Assembly (NCBI GenBank): GCA_044356455.1
Contig: JBIKWF010000005.1
Location: 21,565 to 85,564, forward strand
Direction of reading: 5' to 3'
Origin: Bdellovibrionota bacterium
Lineage (GTDB): Bacteria > Bdellovibrionota_C > UBA2361 > JBGSMV01
DNA: 64,000 bases
Shown: in pieces, positions 1-9,938 of the stretch
Layout of the letters: each line of letters begins with the position of its first letter
Numbering within the stretch: position 1 is the stretch's first letter
The notes under the pieces: generated by a model
What the model saw: the letters and a program-made list of their open reading frames with translations, nothing else
The model's database searches: none
What the model was told of the DNA's origin: nothing
Made by a program: the position numbers and the translations under genes

Positions 1-466
1 TTTTGTAGTAGTCCTGGTGATATTCCTCAGCCGCATAAAATTCGGTTGCCGGCGAGATTTCGGTGACGATAGGTCTTCCGAACTTCGAAGATGCTTGGAG
101 CGCCGCCTTCGAATTTTCCGCGCGCTTCTTCTGCTCCTCGTTCTGATAAAAAATCGCGGTTCGGTATTGGGGGCCTCGATCCGCAAACTGCCCTTCAGGC
201 TGGGTCGGATCAATATTTCGCCAGAATATCTCCAATAGCTGCTCATAGCTTACTTTCGCGGCATCGAAATAAACCTGAACTGCTTCGGCGTACCCTGTTC
301 GTCCTGAGGAGACGAGGTCATAGGTAGGATTGGGCTCTTTGCCCCCGGCGTAGCCCACCAGCGTCTTCTCAACGCCTGTGGTAGAATCAAAGGGAGGCTG
401 CATGCACCAAAAACATCCGCCAGCGAACGTTGCAACAGAAAGTGGCGCGCCATTTTTTGAGGTCAT
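1..466 (-). CDS. msrA: Peptide-methionine (S)-S-oxide reductase MsrA, 3' end runs off the window
   Basis: Not in the ORF track; manual translation from ATG at 466 gives MTSKNGAPLSVATFAGGCFWCMQPPF...GQFADRGPQYRTAIF...FYAAEEYHQDYYK, containing the GCFWC and EEYHQDY motifs. An AGGGAG RBS lies upstream. Confidence 0.95.
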   Translation of the reverse strand, partial: MTSKNGAPLSVATFAGGCFWCMQPPFDSTTGVEKTLVGYAGGKEPNPTYDLVSSGRTGYAEAVQVYFDAAKVSYEQLLEIFWRNIDPTQPEGQFADRGPQYRTAIFYQNEEQKKRAENSKAALQASSKFGRPIVTEISPATEFYAAEEYHQDYYK

Positions 467-719
467 AGAACTACTCCCTTTAGGTTTTGGGGACTGGGTA
501 GGCTCAGTATAAGCGCGGCTTACGAGAGCAATCAAAGCAACGACTAAGATACTGACTGAGACTAGGGTGTATTTCATTTTGAGCAGAGCTCCGTAATTGT
601 GCGTTGTTGCTGCTGACACACTGCTAGTCGCACTAGTCCTTATATCATTACACCGGAAAAAGCATAACTTCGTCCGGGGACGTGCGCCCAGAGTATTCCC
701 TGAGCGCACGCATTTCTCT

Positions 720-1232
720 CTAGTCTCTTTTGAAAGTGAGGTTGCACATCAAAGAGGTATTGTTAGTCGTTGATGCGTTCGCCATTAGAAAGATTTCCCT
801 GTCCACTTCGACGGCAATTGCACAATTTCCCCAGCCCCCAAGTTCAGCTAATTGATATCCGGTTTGGCCAGTTTTTGAAGCATGGAGATTGCAGATTTGG
901 ATTGGTGCCTCATGGCTAATCTCAGGTGCAAGAATGCCTCCGAGGGTGAAATTGAAGTTCCCATCTCTTCCGATACGCACAAGTCCGCCAGTTCCATAGG
1001 TGGTACCAACGGGGCAGAGATACTTTTCTCCTGCGGGGGAGAGACACGATTCAAACTTAAGAGTGCCCGAAAAACGGCCCAAGATGCTCCCCGAGCACCG
1101 GTAGTTGAGAGACGTATCCGCGCGGGCGTCATGAGCCGCGAATGCTCCCCACATAATTATGCAGGACGTTGTAACCCTTGCAAGTCCGCGCGCAAGGTGC
1201 GTCATTCTCATTAACATATTCTTAGCGACCAT
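720..1232 (-). CDS. Hypothetical exported Cys-rich protein
   Basis: 170 aa ORF with AGAGG RBS, signal-peptide-like N-terminus (...AHDARA) and several Cys in the mature part; no family recognised. Confidence 0.55.
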   Translation of the reverse strand: MVAKNMLMRMTHLARGLARVTTSCIIMWGAFAAHDARADTSLNYRCSGSILGRFSGTLKFESCLSPAGEKYLCPVGTTYGTGGLVRIGRDGNFNFTLGGILAPEISHEAPIQICNLHASKTGQTGYQLAELGGWGNCAIAVEVDREIFLMANASTTNNTSLMCNLTFKRD

Positions 1233-1550
1233 AAAAACCTCTCTACATTAAAGTTAGCACTTACTTGGCTTCGTCTTGAGAGGACCACCAGAATGGGGGC
1301 CTCCAATTCGTTCCGTGCTCAGATTATGAATTGGAGATCTCGCGAAAGTATCACGGGGGTATCATTGATTTCTCAATTCTTTAGCTTGGTGGCTTCGGTG
1401 TTAGCCCTACGTATTTTTCGTAGCCGATAGTTCTCGCGCGAGTTCCGGGGTACTCCCTGCTTCCGACATAGGCTACACCCCGCGACTCTATTGCTGTTTT
1501 GCAACGCACTTCTTTAGAAGTGCCTCCCTAAGGTCGATTACCTCTCTACA

Positions 1551-2834
1551 GTGGAAACTAATGAAGAGAATCAGTTAGTGCGTGCGCCCTTGGCGCCAGG
1601 GGCGATCATTGCCGATCGCTACGTTCTCGTGAGGACTATTGGCCAGGGAGCTTTTGGGACGGTTTTTGAATGTGAAGACCTCGCGGTATCTCGATTTAGA
1701 GTTGCCGTTAAAATTTTTTCATCCATCGCTACGGGTAACCAATCGCATGTGCAGCGCCTTGCACGTGAATTAAAAGTGGCCTTCAGCTTGAATCATGATC
1801 ATGTAGTTCGGTTCTATGATTCATTCAACTGGCGAGGGATGTTCGGATATAGCATGGAGTATGCCTCAAAGGGCGATCTGAGTGCCTTGGTAAATCCGTC
1901 ACGTCCCGTCGGCGAGCGAAGTGCAGTTGAGGTGCTATTGCAGATATGTAGCGGCCTTGAGTTCCTGCATCGCAATGGAATTGTGCACCGCGATCTCAAG
2001 CCTAGTAACCTGTTGATTGATGCGGGAGGGGTTCTCAAAATAAGTGACTTTGGCCTTGTTGGTGCTTCCTCACAAAACAAGAATCTCCTGACGATTGGAT
2101 GCGGCGATGTGCCCGGGAGAAAGCTCACACTGGCTGGGGAAATACTAGGAACGCTTGATTATATCAGTCCAGAAACCATTTGTGGTGGCCGAGCTGATCA
2201 GCGCGCCGACCTCTACGCTCTCGGTGTTGTTGCATTCGAACTTCTCACAGGCAGCGTTCCCTTTAGCAATCATAGAACACTGGACTTGCTAAGAAGTAAG
2301 GTTGAGATTGCCGCCCCAAGGCTGAGGTCGCTCAACCGTTCATGCTCAAAAGATATCGAAGAGGTTGTGGCCACTCTTCTTGAGCGTGCACCAGAGCGGC
2401 GCTTTCAATCGGCTCAGGAGTGCAGGGAGGCGCTCTGCCAAAATCGTGGAAGTAGAAACTTCGTGTCATCGCGAACAAAAATTGCTGCCCCATCCCAAGG
2501 CACTGAAGATGCGCCCACCGGAAGTTCTCCTTATCGGCCTCGTATCTTCGCTTCGCGACTACTTGCCCTCTTTTCTTGGACCACGAGATCTCTTATTCGT
2601 AGCGCCCGCTGGATGGTGCTGGCGCCGCTTCGAGCCTTTGAGGGAGGTACGCCTCTTAGCCGGTCGCTGGTGCTTCTCATCATGATTGCTCTCGTGTACT
2701 TGCTCGGAGTAAATCGAGACAGCAAGCTTGTGTCAGAGGGAGTGGTCGCTCCGCGAGGCTATCGATATATAGGTCCTGGTGAGGCACTTCCGCTACGACG
2801 GGAAGCGAACTCCGGGCAGGAGGGGAAATGGTAA
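1551..2834 (+). CDS. Hanks-type Ser/Thr protein kinase with C-terminal TM segment
   Basis: GQGAFG, VAVK, HRDLKPSN, DFG, GTLDYISPE and DLYALG motifs; hydrophobic helix near the C-terminus. Confidence 0.93.
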   Translation: METNEENQLVRAPLAPGAIIADRYVLVRTIGQGAFGTVFECEDLAVSRFRVAVKIFSSIATGNQSHVQRLARELKVAFSLNHDHVVRFYDSFNWRGMFGYSMEYASKGDLSALVNPSRPVGERSAVEVLLQICSGLEFLHRNGIVHRDLKPSNLLIDAGGVLKISDFGLVGASSQNKNLLTIGCGDVPGRKLTLAGEILGTLDYISPETICGGRADQRADLYALGVVAFELLTGSVPFSNHRTLDLLRSKVEIAAPRLRSLNRSCSKDIEEVVATLLERAPERRFQSAQECREALCQNRGSRNFVSSRTKIAAPSQGTEDAPTGSSPYRPRIFASRLLALFSWTTRSLIRSARWMVLAPLRAFEGGTPLSRSLVLLIMIALVYLLGVNRDSKLVSEGVVAPRGYRYIGPGEALPLRREANSGQEGKW

Positions 2835-3541
2835 GTACTCCTCAAGGCCGTGTTCTTTTGATTGACGATGACCCGGATATCGCTCTTCTTCTATCCTTTC
2901 ATCTCTCGGAAATTGGGCTGGATCTCCAAGTTGAAGTCGATGGCGCATCAGGCCTCGCGCGTGGCTTGAATGAAAGTTTCGACCTCTTAATCGTGGACCT
3001 CATGTTGCCTAAGCTAGATGGATTTGAGGTTTGCAAACAACTTCGGGGCGGCAAAATTCACGCGCCTATTCTCATGCTCACGAGTCGATCAGAAGAAGTC
3101 GACAAGGTGTTAGGGCTTGAGTTCGGTGCTGATGACTATCTGACAAAGCCGTTTGGTGTGCGCGAACTCATTGCGCGCATACGGGCCCTACTGCGCCGTG
3201 CGAGCTTAGGGGCGGAGGGCAGCGATAAAGCTATAGAGCGAATCACCTTCCCCGGATTAGAGATACTACCGAGTAAGCGAGCAGTCTCAGTTCGAGGAGC
3301 ACAAGTGGAGCTCACCGCGAAGGAGTTCGATCTGCTCCTTCTCCTTGCTTCAAGCCCCGGCCATATCTTTACGAGAGCCGCATTGCTTGATCGCATCTGG
3401 GATTACCACTCATCGAGCTATGACCACACGGTTACCTCTCATATCAATCGGCTGCGAAGTAAGATTGAGCTAGACCCCGAAACACCTCAGTTTATTCTGA
3501 CGGTGTGGGGGGTGGGATATAAATTCTCTGAGGCTCCTTAA
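2828..3541 (+). CDS. OmpR/PhoB-family response regulator
   Basis: LIDDD, DLMLPKLDG, GADDYLTKPF receiver motifs; winged helix ELTAKEFDLL...HINRLRSKIE...TVWGVGYKF. Confidence 0.95.
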   Translation: MVSTPQGRVLLIDDDPDIALLLSFHLSEIGLDLQVEVDGASGLARGLNESFDLLIVDLMLPKLDGFEVCKQLRGGKIHAPILMLTSRSEEVDKVLGLEFGADDYLTKPFGVRELIARIRALLRRASLGAEGSDKAIERITFPGLEILPSKRAVSVRGAQVELTAKEFDLLLLLASSPGHIFTRAALLDRIWDYHSSSYDHTVTSHINRLRSKIELDPETPQFILTVWGVGYKFSEAP

Positions 3542-3543
3542 GG

Positions 3544-4350
3544 ATGTTAAAGACTTTTTCGCAATGGGCAGCGCGGAGATTGCCAAGAGGGCGCAGTCAC
3601 GTACGTCAGGGACCTCAAGCGACGTCTCTCTCCCGGGACGCCAGTCCCCCAAGTCGCGATATTTCTGAGATTCAATCTTTAGTGGCGGCGCTTGCCCATG
3701 ATTTTCGGGGCCCTCTTGCCTCGATTCGTGGCTTCACAGAGACCTTGCAGCAAAATCAGAGTTCTTTGACCCCAGAGCAGACTAATGAATTTCTCAGTGT
3801 CGTTTTAAAAAACGTGGCTTCTCTAGAGCGCCTGGTAAGCAGTGCTCTTGATGTTGAAAAATGGTCCGCCAAAGTAATGGTGCCAAATTTCGAGTTAGTT
3901 CCAATCTCTGAGCTTTTGGCAGGTGTGCTAGGGCGGATGCAACCAAGCGCAGAGCTAAAGAAGATTTCACTTTTGCTTCAGAATACAAGCCCGGATTCGA
4001 GAGTTCGCGCGGATAGCGTCATGATTGAGCGAGTACTTTCGAATCTTCTCGAAAATGCTATTCGCTATACCGAGGAGGGTGGGCGTGTCGATATTCGGAT
4101 AAAAGATGTTGCTCGCCGTATTCAGATAGACATTCAAGATACGGGCATTGGAATACCCTCCAAGGATCTGCCGCTGATTGGCGAGCCCTTTTTTAGGGTG
4201 AATCGGGACCGCTCCAAGCGAACAGGAGGATCGGGACTGGGGCTTTCCTTGGTAAAGCAGATTCTTGCCGCCCACGGGTCGGCTCTTTCAATTGAGAGCA
4301 AGGTTGGAGTGGGGACTCTTGTGAGTTTCTCCCTGCCACAGCTAGAGTAG
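3544..4350 (+). CDS. Histidine kinase (HisKA + HATPase), no sensor or TM domain
   Basis: H-box AHDFRGPL, N-box NLLENAIRY, G1 DTGIGI, G2 GSGLGLS. Confidence 0.92.
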   Translation: MLKTFSQWAARRLPRGRSHVRQGPQATSLSRDASPPSRDISEIQSLVAALAHDFRGPLASIRGFTETLQQNQSSLTPEQTNEFLSVVLKNVASLERLVSSALDVEKWSAKVMVPNFELVPISELLAGVLGRMQPSAELKKISLLLQNTSPDSRVRADSVMIERVLSNLLENAIRYTEEGGRVDIRIKDVARRIQIDIQDTGIGIPSKDLPLIGEPFFRVNRDRSKRTGGSGLGLSLVKQILAAHGSALSIESKVGVGTLVSFSLPQLE

Positions 4351-4439
4351 AGGTTTGATTCTAGGCAACTCTTTGTCTTACTCTAAGCGCTTGGATCGTG
4401 ACACCAGAGATCCGCATTTTGCATTAGTAGTAGGTACCT

Positions 4440-5624
4440 ATGGAAACAGCACCCGATACTGCGTATGAAGCGAACCAAGGGGCGCTGAGCCAGGCGATAG
4501 GCGTCTGTCCCAACAAAGACGTGTGCGGCTCGTGCACCCTCTCGGATATTCCCTATGCAGATCAGCTGACCCAAAAACTTCTAGGTCTAAACGAGCTTCT
4601 TGAGAAAGAGAAGCTGCCCTATCGCTGCGAAGAAATTTTGCGTTCTCCTAAGCAGAGTCACTATCGCAATAGAATGGACTTTGTCATTGACTTCGAAGGA
4701 CGTGTGGGACTTCGCCAGAAAGGGAAATGGTGGCGTGTCATCGACGATCATCATTGCTTTATCTCTGACGTAAATATTGAGGCCGCGTTTCGGGCGGTGC
4801 GTTCCTGGGTGCGGCAGGCCGGAATTAGTTATTTTGATAGAAAGAAGCACCATGGGCTTCTGCGCTTCGCAGTAGTCAGGGTGAATCTAAAAGGCGAGAC
4901 GCTCGTGGATATTGTTACGAGCGTGCCCAAGGATTCTAAAGAAAGAGAATTTCTCAGAGCTGCGCTCACGCAGTTGTCTAAGAGTGAACAAATTACATCC
5001 TTAGTGTGGTCAACGAACAGCACGATTGCTGACGTATCTTTTGGAGATATTCAAGAGGTCTTCACCGGCCAAGGGACTCTCATTGAGCGTATTCGGGATA
5101 CCGATTACCGGATTAGTCCGCACGCGTTCTTTCAGACCAATTCACACGCGGCGCCATTTCTGTTGGACACAGTTCAAGAATGGGCCAAGGCTGCAGGAGG
5201 TTCCCGTTTACTCGACCTTTACTGCGGGACCGGTTTCTTTGCTCTAGCGCTTGCGCGGAGCTTTAAAGATGTCGTGGGAGTCGAATTGTCTGAGGAGGCA
5301 ATACTTGATGCACGGCATAACGCGGCCCTAAATGGCGTTTCGGTGGATTTCCATGTCGCCGCAAGTGAGAGCTTTTCATGGGGAAGCCTCGGCGCAGATA
5401 CCGTCATTATCGACCCGCCGCGAGGAGGTATTCACAAGAGTTTACTCACCCAGATCTCGGAGCATCGCCCCAAGACGCTGCTGTATGTCTCCTGTAACTA
5501 CAAGAATTGCGTTACGGATCTTGGTAAGCTTCAAGAAATTTACGAGCCACGTGCCATGCGTATGATTGACCTCTTTCCTCATACTCCTCATGTAGAACTA
5601 GTGACGTGGCTTGAGCGTCGTTGA
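4440..5624 (+). CDS. RNA (uracil-C5)-methyltransferase, RlmD/TrmA family
   Basis: Fe-S Cys motif C..CGSC, AFFQTN, LDLYCGTG, DPPRGG, YVSCN, DLFPHTPHVE. Confidence 0.9.
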   Translation: METAPDTAYEANQGALSQAIGVCPNKDVCGSCTLSDIPYADQLTQKLLGLNELLEKEKLPYRCEEILRSPKQSHYRNRMDFVIDFEGRVGLRQKGKWWRVIDDHHCFISDVNIEAAFRAVRSWVRQAGISYFDRKKHHGLLRFAVVRVNLKGETLVDIVTSVPKDSKEREFLRAALTQLSKSEQITSLVWSTNSTIADVSFGDIQEVFTGQGTLIERIRDTDYRISPHAFFQTNSHAAPFLLDTVQEWAKAAGGSRLLDLYCGTGFFALALARSFKDVVGVELSEEAILDARHNAALNGVSVDFHVAASESFSWGSLGADTVIIDPPRGGIHKSLLTQISEHRPKTLLYVSCNYKNCVTDLGKLQEIYEPRAMRMIDLFPHTPHVELVTWLERR

Positions 5625-6004
5625 TAGCGTCTATGGTGCGGAGGCAGTTCTTGTATCGATTCCTTTTGGAGCCTTTACTTGAGGACCCCTCGGCCGTTGA
5701 GAAGCCCATGTTCGGCTGCCTTGCGGTGTATGCGCATGAGCGCCTAAAAGTAGTGCTCGCGGAAGGGGATGCGCCGTGGAACGGACTCCTTGTTCCCACC
5801 GAGCATGAGTTCCATGCGGCTTTACGAAGCGAGTTTCCTGAACTCGTGGCTCACCCCGTTTTAAAAAAGTGGCTCTATCTTCGTGAAGATCAGGATTGTT
5901 TTGAGCGCGTAGCAGGTGCGCTGGTAAATGGTATGGTGCGGGATGACGCGAGGTTCGGAGTAGTTCCGCCCAGGAAGAAAAAGAAGCCGCGAAAGACAAG
6001 GTAG
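5621..6004 (+). CDS. Conserved hypothetical protein, TfoX-N-like
   Basis: KPMFGCLAVY...WNGLLVPT...HPVLKKWLYL with a basic tail; overlaps the upstream stop codon. Confidence 0.6.
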   Translation: MIASMVRRQFLYRFLLEPLLEDPSAVEKPMFGCLAVYAHERLKVVLAEGDAPWNGLLVPTEHEFHAALRSEFPELVAHPVLKKWLYLREDQDCFERVAGALVNGMVRDDARFGVVPPRKKKKPRKTR

Positions 6005-6011
6005 GGACCTT

Positions 6012-6046
6012 AACAAGAAGCCTAAACAAGAAGCCTAAACAAGAAG
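6012..6046 (+). repeat. Short tandem repeat (AACAAGAAGCCTA) x ~2.7
   Basis: Read directly between two convergent genes. Confidence 0.8.
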
Positions 6047-6061
6047 TTGGACGGGAACGCA

Positions 6062-6490
6062 TTATTTAGACAAATGAGTTTGCTCGGGCGGGCCTTTCAT
6101 AACACTGATGCCAATTCCCATGACCGCACGCCAAGCCTTGTCCACATGTTGGTTATATCTGGGGTCGAGCTCTTCAACTACGGTCATTAGGCAATCGAGC
6201 CAAAGATCGTAGTGCTCATGCTTTACCCCGTATCCTAGATGTTGCTCCGCAAGTTTCTGTAACTTCTTAATGCCAATAGCTGAACCATCCGATGCTATCA
6301 GCTTATAGATAAGGGAGTCGCGCACCATCTTCTTCACCCGGGGGAGGTCCGAATGCGCAAAAAGTTTTGCAATCTCCTCAGAGGAGTTTAGGAAGCGCTC
6401 ATACAAGAGGTCGAGGAACTGAGGATTATCTCTGAGGCGTTCGTAGCTATCGTGAAACTGCTCAAGGACTACTTCTGGGAGAAGACTCAT
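6062..6490 (-). CDS. Single-domain globin
   Basis: FLDLLYERFLNSSEEIAKLF...LAEQHLGYGVKHEHYDLWLDCLM...WRAVM pattern with proximal His; ATG at 6490 preferred over the TTG at 6538. Confidence 0.8.
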   Translation of the reverse strand: MSLLPEVVLEQFHDSYERLRDNPQFLDLLYERFLNSSEEIAKLFAHSDLPRVKKMVRDSLIYKLIASDGSAIGIKKLQKLAEQHLGYGVKHEHYDLWLDCLMTVVEELDPRYNQHVDKAWRAVMGIGISVMKGPPEQTHLSK

Positions 6491-6880
6491 AGGACTTTGC
6501 CCCTCCTCGGGCACCAATGACACGCTGCCGGTCGCCAACTATGGGGCATTCAAGATAGGAGTGCTGTGGTATTGGTTTCGGTCATATTCGCACCATAGTG
6601 ATGGCAGGGCGCTATGCCCAAGAACTCTCTTGCACTGGGAGATTCTAGGGGCAGGCCCAACAAGTTCGCCATCCGATTCAGCAGCTCTGAAATTCACTCT
6701 TAGTCACTCGTACGCGTTTGGCAACAAAAAAATCAAGCGACTCAAGGAAGAACTGTCCCCCAAAAGTCCTAATTTCGGCCTTTTCTGAAGTAAGTTGAGT
6801 AGCGAGGTCATTTTGTTACTCTCTTGCCTCGACTTACGAAGGTTCAATCAGGTTGGAGAGAGAGGAAAGGAGTGTGCCTC

Positions 6881-7675
6881 ATGGCGCCAGTGGCTCGTTT
6901 GTGGGATGCGAGGGGATACGTAATTCTCCTCGTCATTCCGGTCGGTGCAGCGCAGCGGGGTTCAATTCCTGCGGCGCTGGATGTTCTTCTGATCGGACTC
7001 ATCCTTGCCCTCAGCAAGGACGGTCCGATGCTGTTTGGCCACCCGTCGCGGGTGGTCAGGTCCAAGGAGTGGCTTAAGACGCCGCTCGCGGCTGCGGTGC
7101 TCATGGTCATGCCCGTCAAAACCCTCTCCGCCTTGTTGGGGGCGGAGAATGACGTGGCCCTGAAGTCGGTGGCGGAGCATGCCACAATCGGATTGCTGAT
7201 GCTCACTTTGATGCTCGGAGTTCTCCCGAGCCTCTTCCGGCGCTTCAAGGAGACGGCTCCTGGTAAGCCAAAGCCGGAGAAGATGTGGGTAGTCGCGCTC
7301 GATCTGCTTGTCCTCGCGCTGCTCTTGGCGTTGGGAAAAGACGGAGCGGTGCTCTTCGGCGAGAGCGCGAGCTCGCTTCAGAAATCTCTCCCGCTACTCC
7401 ACGAACCGTGGATGCGCGGCTTCATCGCCGCTATTCCCATCAAAACGGTGAGCACGCTGGTGTTCGCCGGTTCCTGGGGAAGTCGAAGCGAAATCTGCGC
7501 CAACGGCATGCCACTCATGGCTACGCTTGCCGTTCTGACCTTCGGCGTTGCAACCGGTAGTCAGTTCGGTGGGTTGTTGGCGTATGCGCTAGGGGCTTCG
7601 CTGGCGCTTCTCATGATTCTCTCTACAGAGAACTACAAGCTCTTCATCAAGGGCTCATTAAAGGTTTCAGAGTGA
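6881..7675 (+). CDS. Hypothetical multi-pass membrane protein with an internal two-fold repeat
   Basis: AGGAG RBS before ATG 6881; repeats LDVLLIGLILALSKDGPMLFG / LDLLVLALLLALGKDGAVLFG and MPVKTLSALL / IPIKTVSTLV. Confidence 0.7.
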   Translation: MAPVARLWDARGYVILLVIPVGAAQRGSIPAALDVLLIGLILALSKDGPMLFGHPSRVVRSKEWLKTPLAAAVLMVMPVKTLSALLGAENDVALKSVAEHATIGLLMLTLMLGVLPSLFRRFKETAPGKPKPEKMWVVALDLLVLALLLALGKDGAVLFGESASSLQKSLPLLHEPWMRGFIAAIPIKTVSTLVFAGSWGSRSEICANGMPLMATLAVLTFGVATGSQFGGLLAYALGASLALLMILSTENYKLFIKGSLKVSE

Positions 7676-7680
7676 GTCCC

Positions 7681-7714
7681 AAACGGGTCAGCGCAAGCTG
7701 ACCCGTTTTCTTTT
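7681..7714 (+). terminator. Probable intrinsic terminator (or REP-like hairpin)
   Basis: AAACGGGTCAGC-GCAA-GCTGACCCGTTT perfect stem followed by a T-rich run, just after the stop at 7675. Confidence 0.7.
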
Positions 7715-8078
7715 CTGCAGCTCCGTTTTTAAGTCGGAGAGAATTAAGTCGGATTTTGTATTCTAGGGCGCAAGAATGTTCGGAGTAGCGCGCCAGAATC
7801 GGTTGAGAAATTATTGGACCACAAAGGACGCAAAGAAAGCTCACAATCGCAACGTGTTCCTTTGTGGTGAGAACACTCAGATGCCCTATTTGTGCTCTAG
7901 TCTCGCTTTGCCGAGAAGGACTAGGGGGAAATGAATGTTAATTCAGCGACTTGCACTGCTGCCTACGTGATAGCGCACGTGTGCTCGCATCAAGCTAATA
8001 ACGCTATGAGGCCTCATTTCCTATGGATTATCTCGCTTTATTCTTGAGGCGCGAGAGTTACCGATTGAGTTTCATTGT

Positions 8079-9290
8079 ATGCCCGCTACTCACCATCGCT
8101 CGCAAATAAGGCCATTTCCCCACGAGGGGCCCGGCGGATTAGGGGAGTTAGAGGGGGCCATAGACGCGAGATTACCCCGAGTTCACGCAGCAAGTTCTCG
8201 CCATCCTTCGAGTAGTGGTCGATTGCTTAGAGGTGTATCTCTTTCCGGCCAAGAAGAGCGAGTTTCTGCTACGAATGCCAAGTCTAGACTGTTTGTAGAC
8301 GACGTACTTGAGGGTGTACGAACTCACTTTGATTTGCCACGCCACCAAGACCCTCGCACAGTTTCCGTTGCGTCGGTTCCCCTCGGGCAAAGGCTACTTC
8401 GGGCATTACAAGATTTTCACAACAACAATGAGGGAAGTGTAAACGCGGACAAACTTCTTCAAGGAACGCGTCTAGCGGTCGGCTCTGTTCTTAGAGTTCT
8501 TACGGGATTTGAATTTATTGGTCCCCAAGTAATGATTCAGCAGACCTGGAAGCGAGGTGAATGCGCAGTTCATTTAGGAAAGCTTGGTGCAATACTTCCA
8601 AGGGAACCTTCAGCAAACGCCGACCCTAAAACGCTTTCCCAAGAACGCGGGAAGAATGTTCGCGCGGTTATCGGAGCTATTCGTGCCATCGACCGAGACC
8701 GTTTAGAGAAGCATCTTTCCAAGGCTACTCTACGAGGGGTCACCTTTGCTCCTGAACCCTTGAAACTAGCGGTTTTGGTGTTTGAAAAGCTACTTGGTAG
8801 TGCGCAAGATCCCTTCCCCAGTCAGCAAATTAAGGAGTTGCAGCACGCCATCAATAATGGCGAGAAGAGACTGTTCGTCATCGAAAACAATACCTATCGC
8901 ATGGTAGTCGATACGCGAGGAGATTCCGCCAGTGCTGCTTCGAGTAAGTGGCAAAGCTTTTGCTTTAAGGTAGGAGAGCTACTCGGGAGACACGCTCACG
9001 GGGGATACCCGTCTTCGCTTCGAGTCTCCCGGAAAGACCGAGCTGACTTGCCGGGCGTTTACCAGCGTAACTATGTGAGAGCGGCGACGGAGCTAGGAAT
9101 GCTCGCTGCAGCTGGTGTTCTTTCAGTGGCTACTCCCCCCCTCATGGGAAGCTTTGACATGGCTGCCAAACTAGCGCTTGCGGGGATCATTGCCTGCTCT
9201 GCGATTTTCACCAATGGCTGGTTCCAAGACCGCTGGCCTCGCCAGAAAGCACTTTCTCCAAAGGAACCGCAGAAAAACCGTGAAGCTTAA
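8079..9290 (+). CDS. Orphan hypothetical protein with C-terminal TM helices
   Basis: 403 aa ORF; low-complexity N-terminus and two hydrophobic segments at the C-terminus. Confidence 0.65.
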   Translation: MPATHHRSQIRPFPHEGPGGLGELEGAIDARLPRVHAASSRHPSSSGRLLRGVSLSGQEERVSATNAKSRLFVDDVLEGVRTHFDLPRHQDPRTVSVASVPLGQRLLRALQDFHNNNEGSVNADKLLQGTRLAVGSVLRVLTGFEFIGPQVMIQQTWKRGECAVHLGKLGAILPREPSANADPKTLSQERGKNVRAVIGAIRAIDRDRLEKHLSKATLRGVTFAPEPLKLAVLVFEKLLGSAQDPFPSQQIKELQHAINNGEKRLFVIENNTYRMVVDTRGDSASAASSKWQSFCFKVGELLGRHAHGGYPSSLRVSRKDRADLPGVYQRNYVRAATELGMLAAAGVLSVATPPLMGSFDMAAKLALAGIIACSAIFTNGWFQDRWPRQKALSPKEPQKNREA

Positions 9291-9389
9291 GAAATTTTTC
9301 CCCCTTCGTGGTCTCTGTGTTCTTAGTGGTTGTTTTAAGAAACTACGAGACCAGCGAATGCCACGAAGTTGAAGTCTTTCAAGCCTTCC

Positions 9390-9938
9390 CTAGGATGCTC
9401 TTCCCTTTACCGCGCTCCAATGCTTCACCTGCCAATGCACCGTCACTTCCGCAAGAAGTGACCCATCACTTGAAAATAGTTTGGGCGTTAGCCGCACATC
9501 AACTTCAGCCCCATTCTCTAGGGGAGTAAGGACATGTTCTTGAACCCAAGAAGTAGTGCATTCGCACCGCGCCAACGTGTCAGTTCGCCCCTGTTTTAAA
9601 TATACCGCAGAAAGCTCCCGCATAATGAGTCGATATTTTGAGAACCCGAGATGGCGCACGAGTGCAAGGCCGCTTGCAAATTCTGCGGCGGTAGCGAGAG
9701 CGCAGGCATGCAGACCCTGAATGTGATTCATATTGCGCCGCAGGTAGGGCAGCCTAACCTCAACGCCTGCTTCAGAAAGCCCCTGTACTTTTATGCCGTG
9801 CGGACGGTTAAAGGGAATCAGATGCCCAAGCAGTACATTCAAGCAGGAGAGATGCAAACGCGAGTCCCCGGCACGCAAGAGAAGATACTGAAGTAGCCTG
9901 TCTTGCGGGGAGCCCTTGGTAGGGGCGATACGACTCAT
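9390..9938 (-). CDS. Hotdog-fold thioesterase (PaaI/DUF4442-like)
   Basis: IPFNRPHGIKV...NMNHIQGLHACALATAAEFASGL; ATGA overlap with the upstream SDR. Confidence 0.8.
   Translation of the reverse strand: MSRIAPTKGSPQDRLLQYLLLRAGDSRLHLSCLNVLLGHLIPFNRPHGIKVQGLSEAGVEVRLPYLRRNMNHIQGLHACALATAAEFASGLALVRHLGFSKYRLIMRELSAVYLKQGRTDTLARCECTTSWVQEHVLTPLENGAEVDVRLTPKLFSSDGSLLAEVTVHWQVKHWSAVKGRAS

Noticed and set aside
17..453. Listed ORFs 17-238, 91-327 and 250-453
   Set aside because: They are shadows of msrA, which is encoded in another minus-strand frame.
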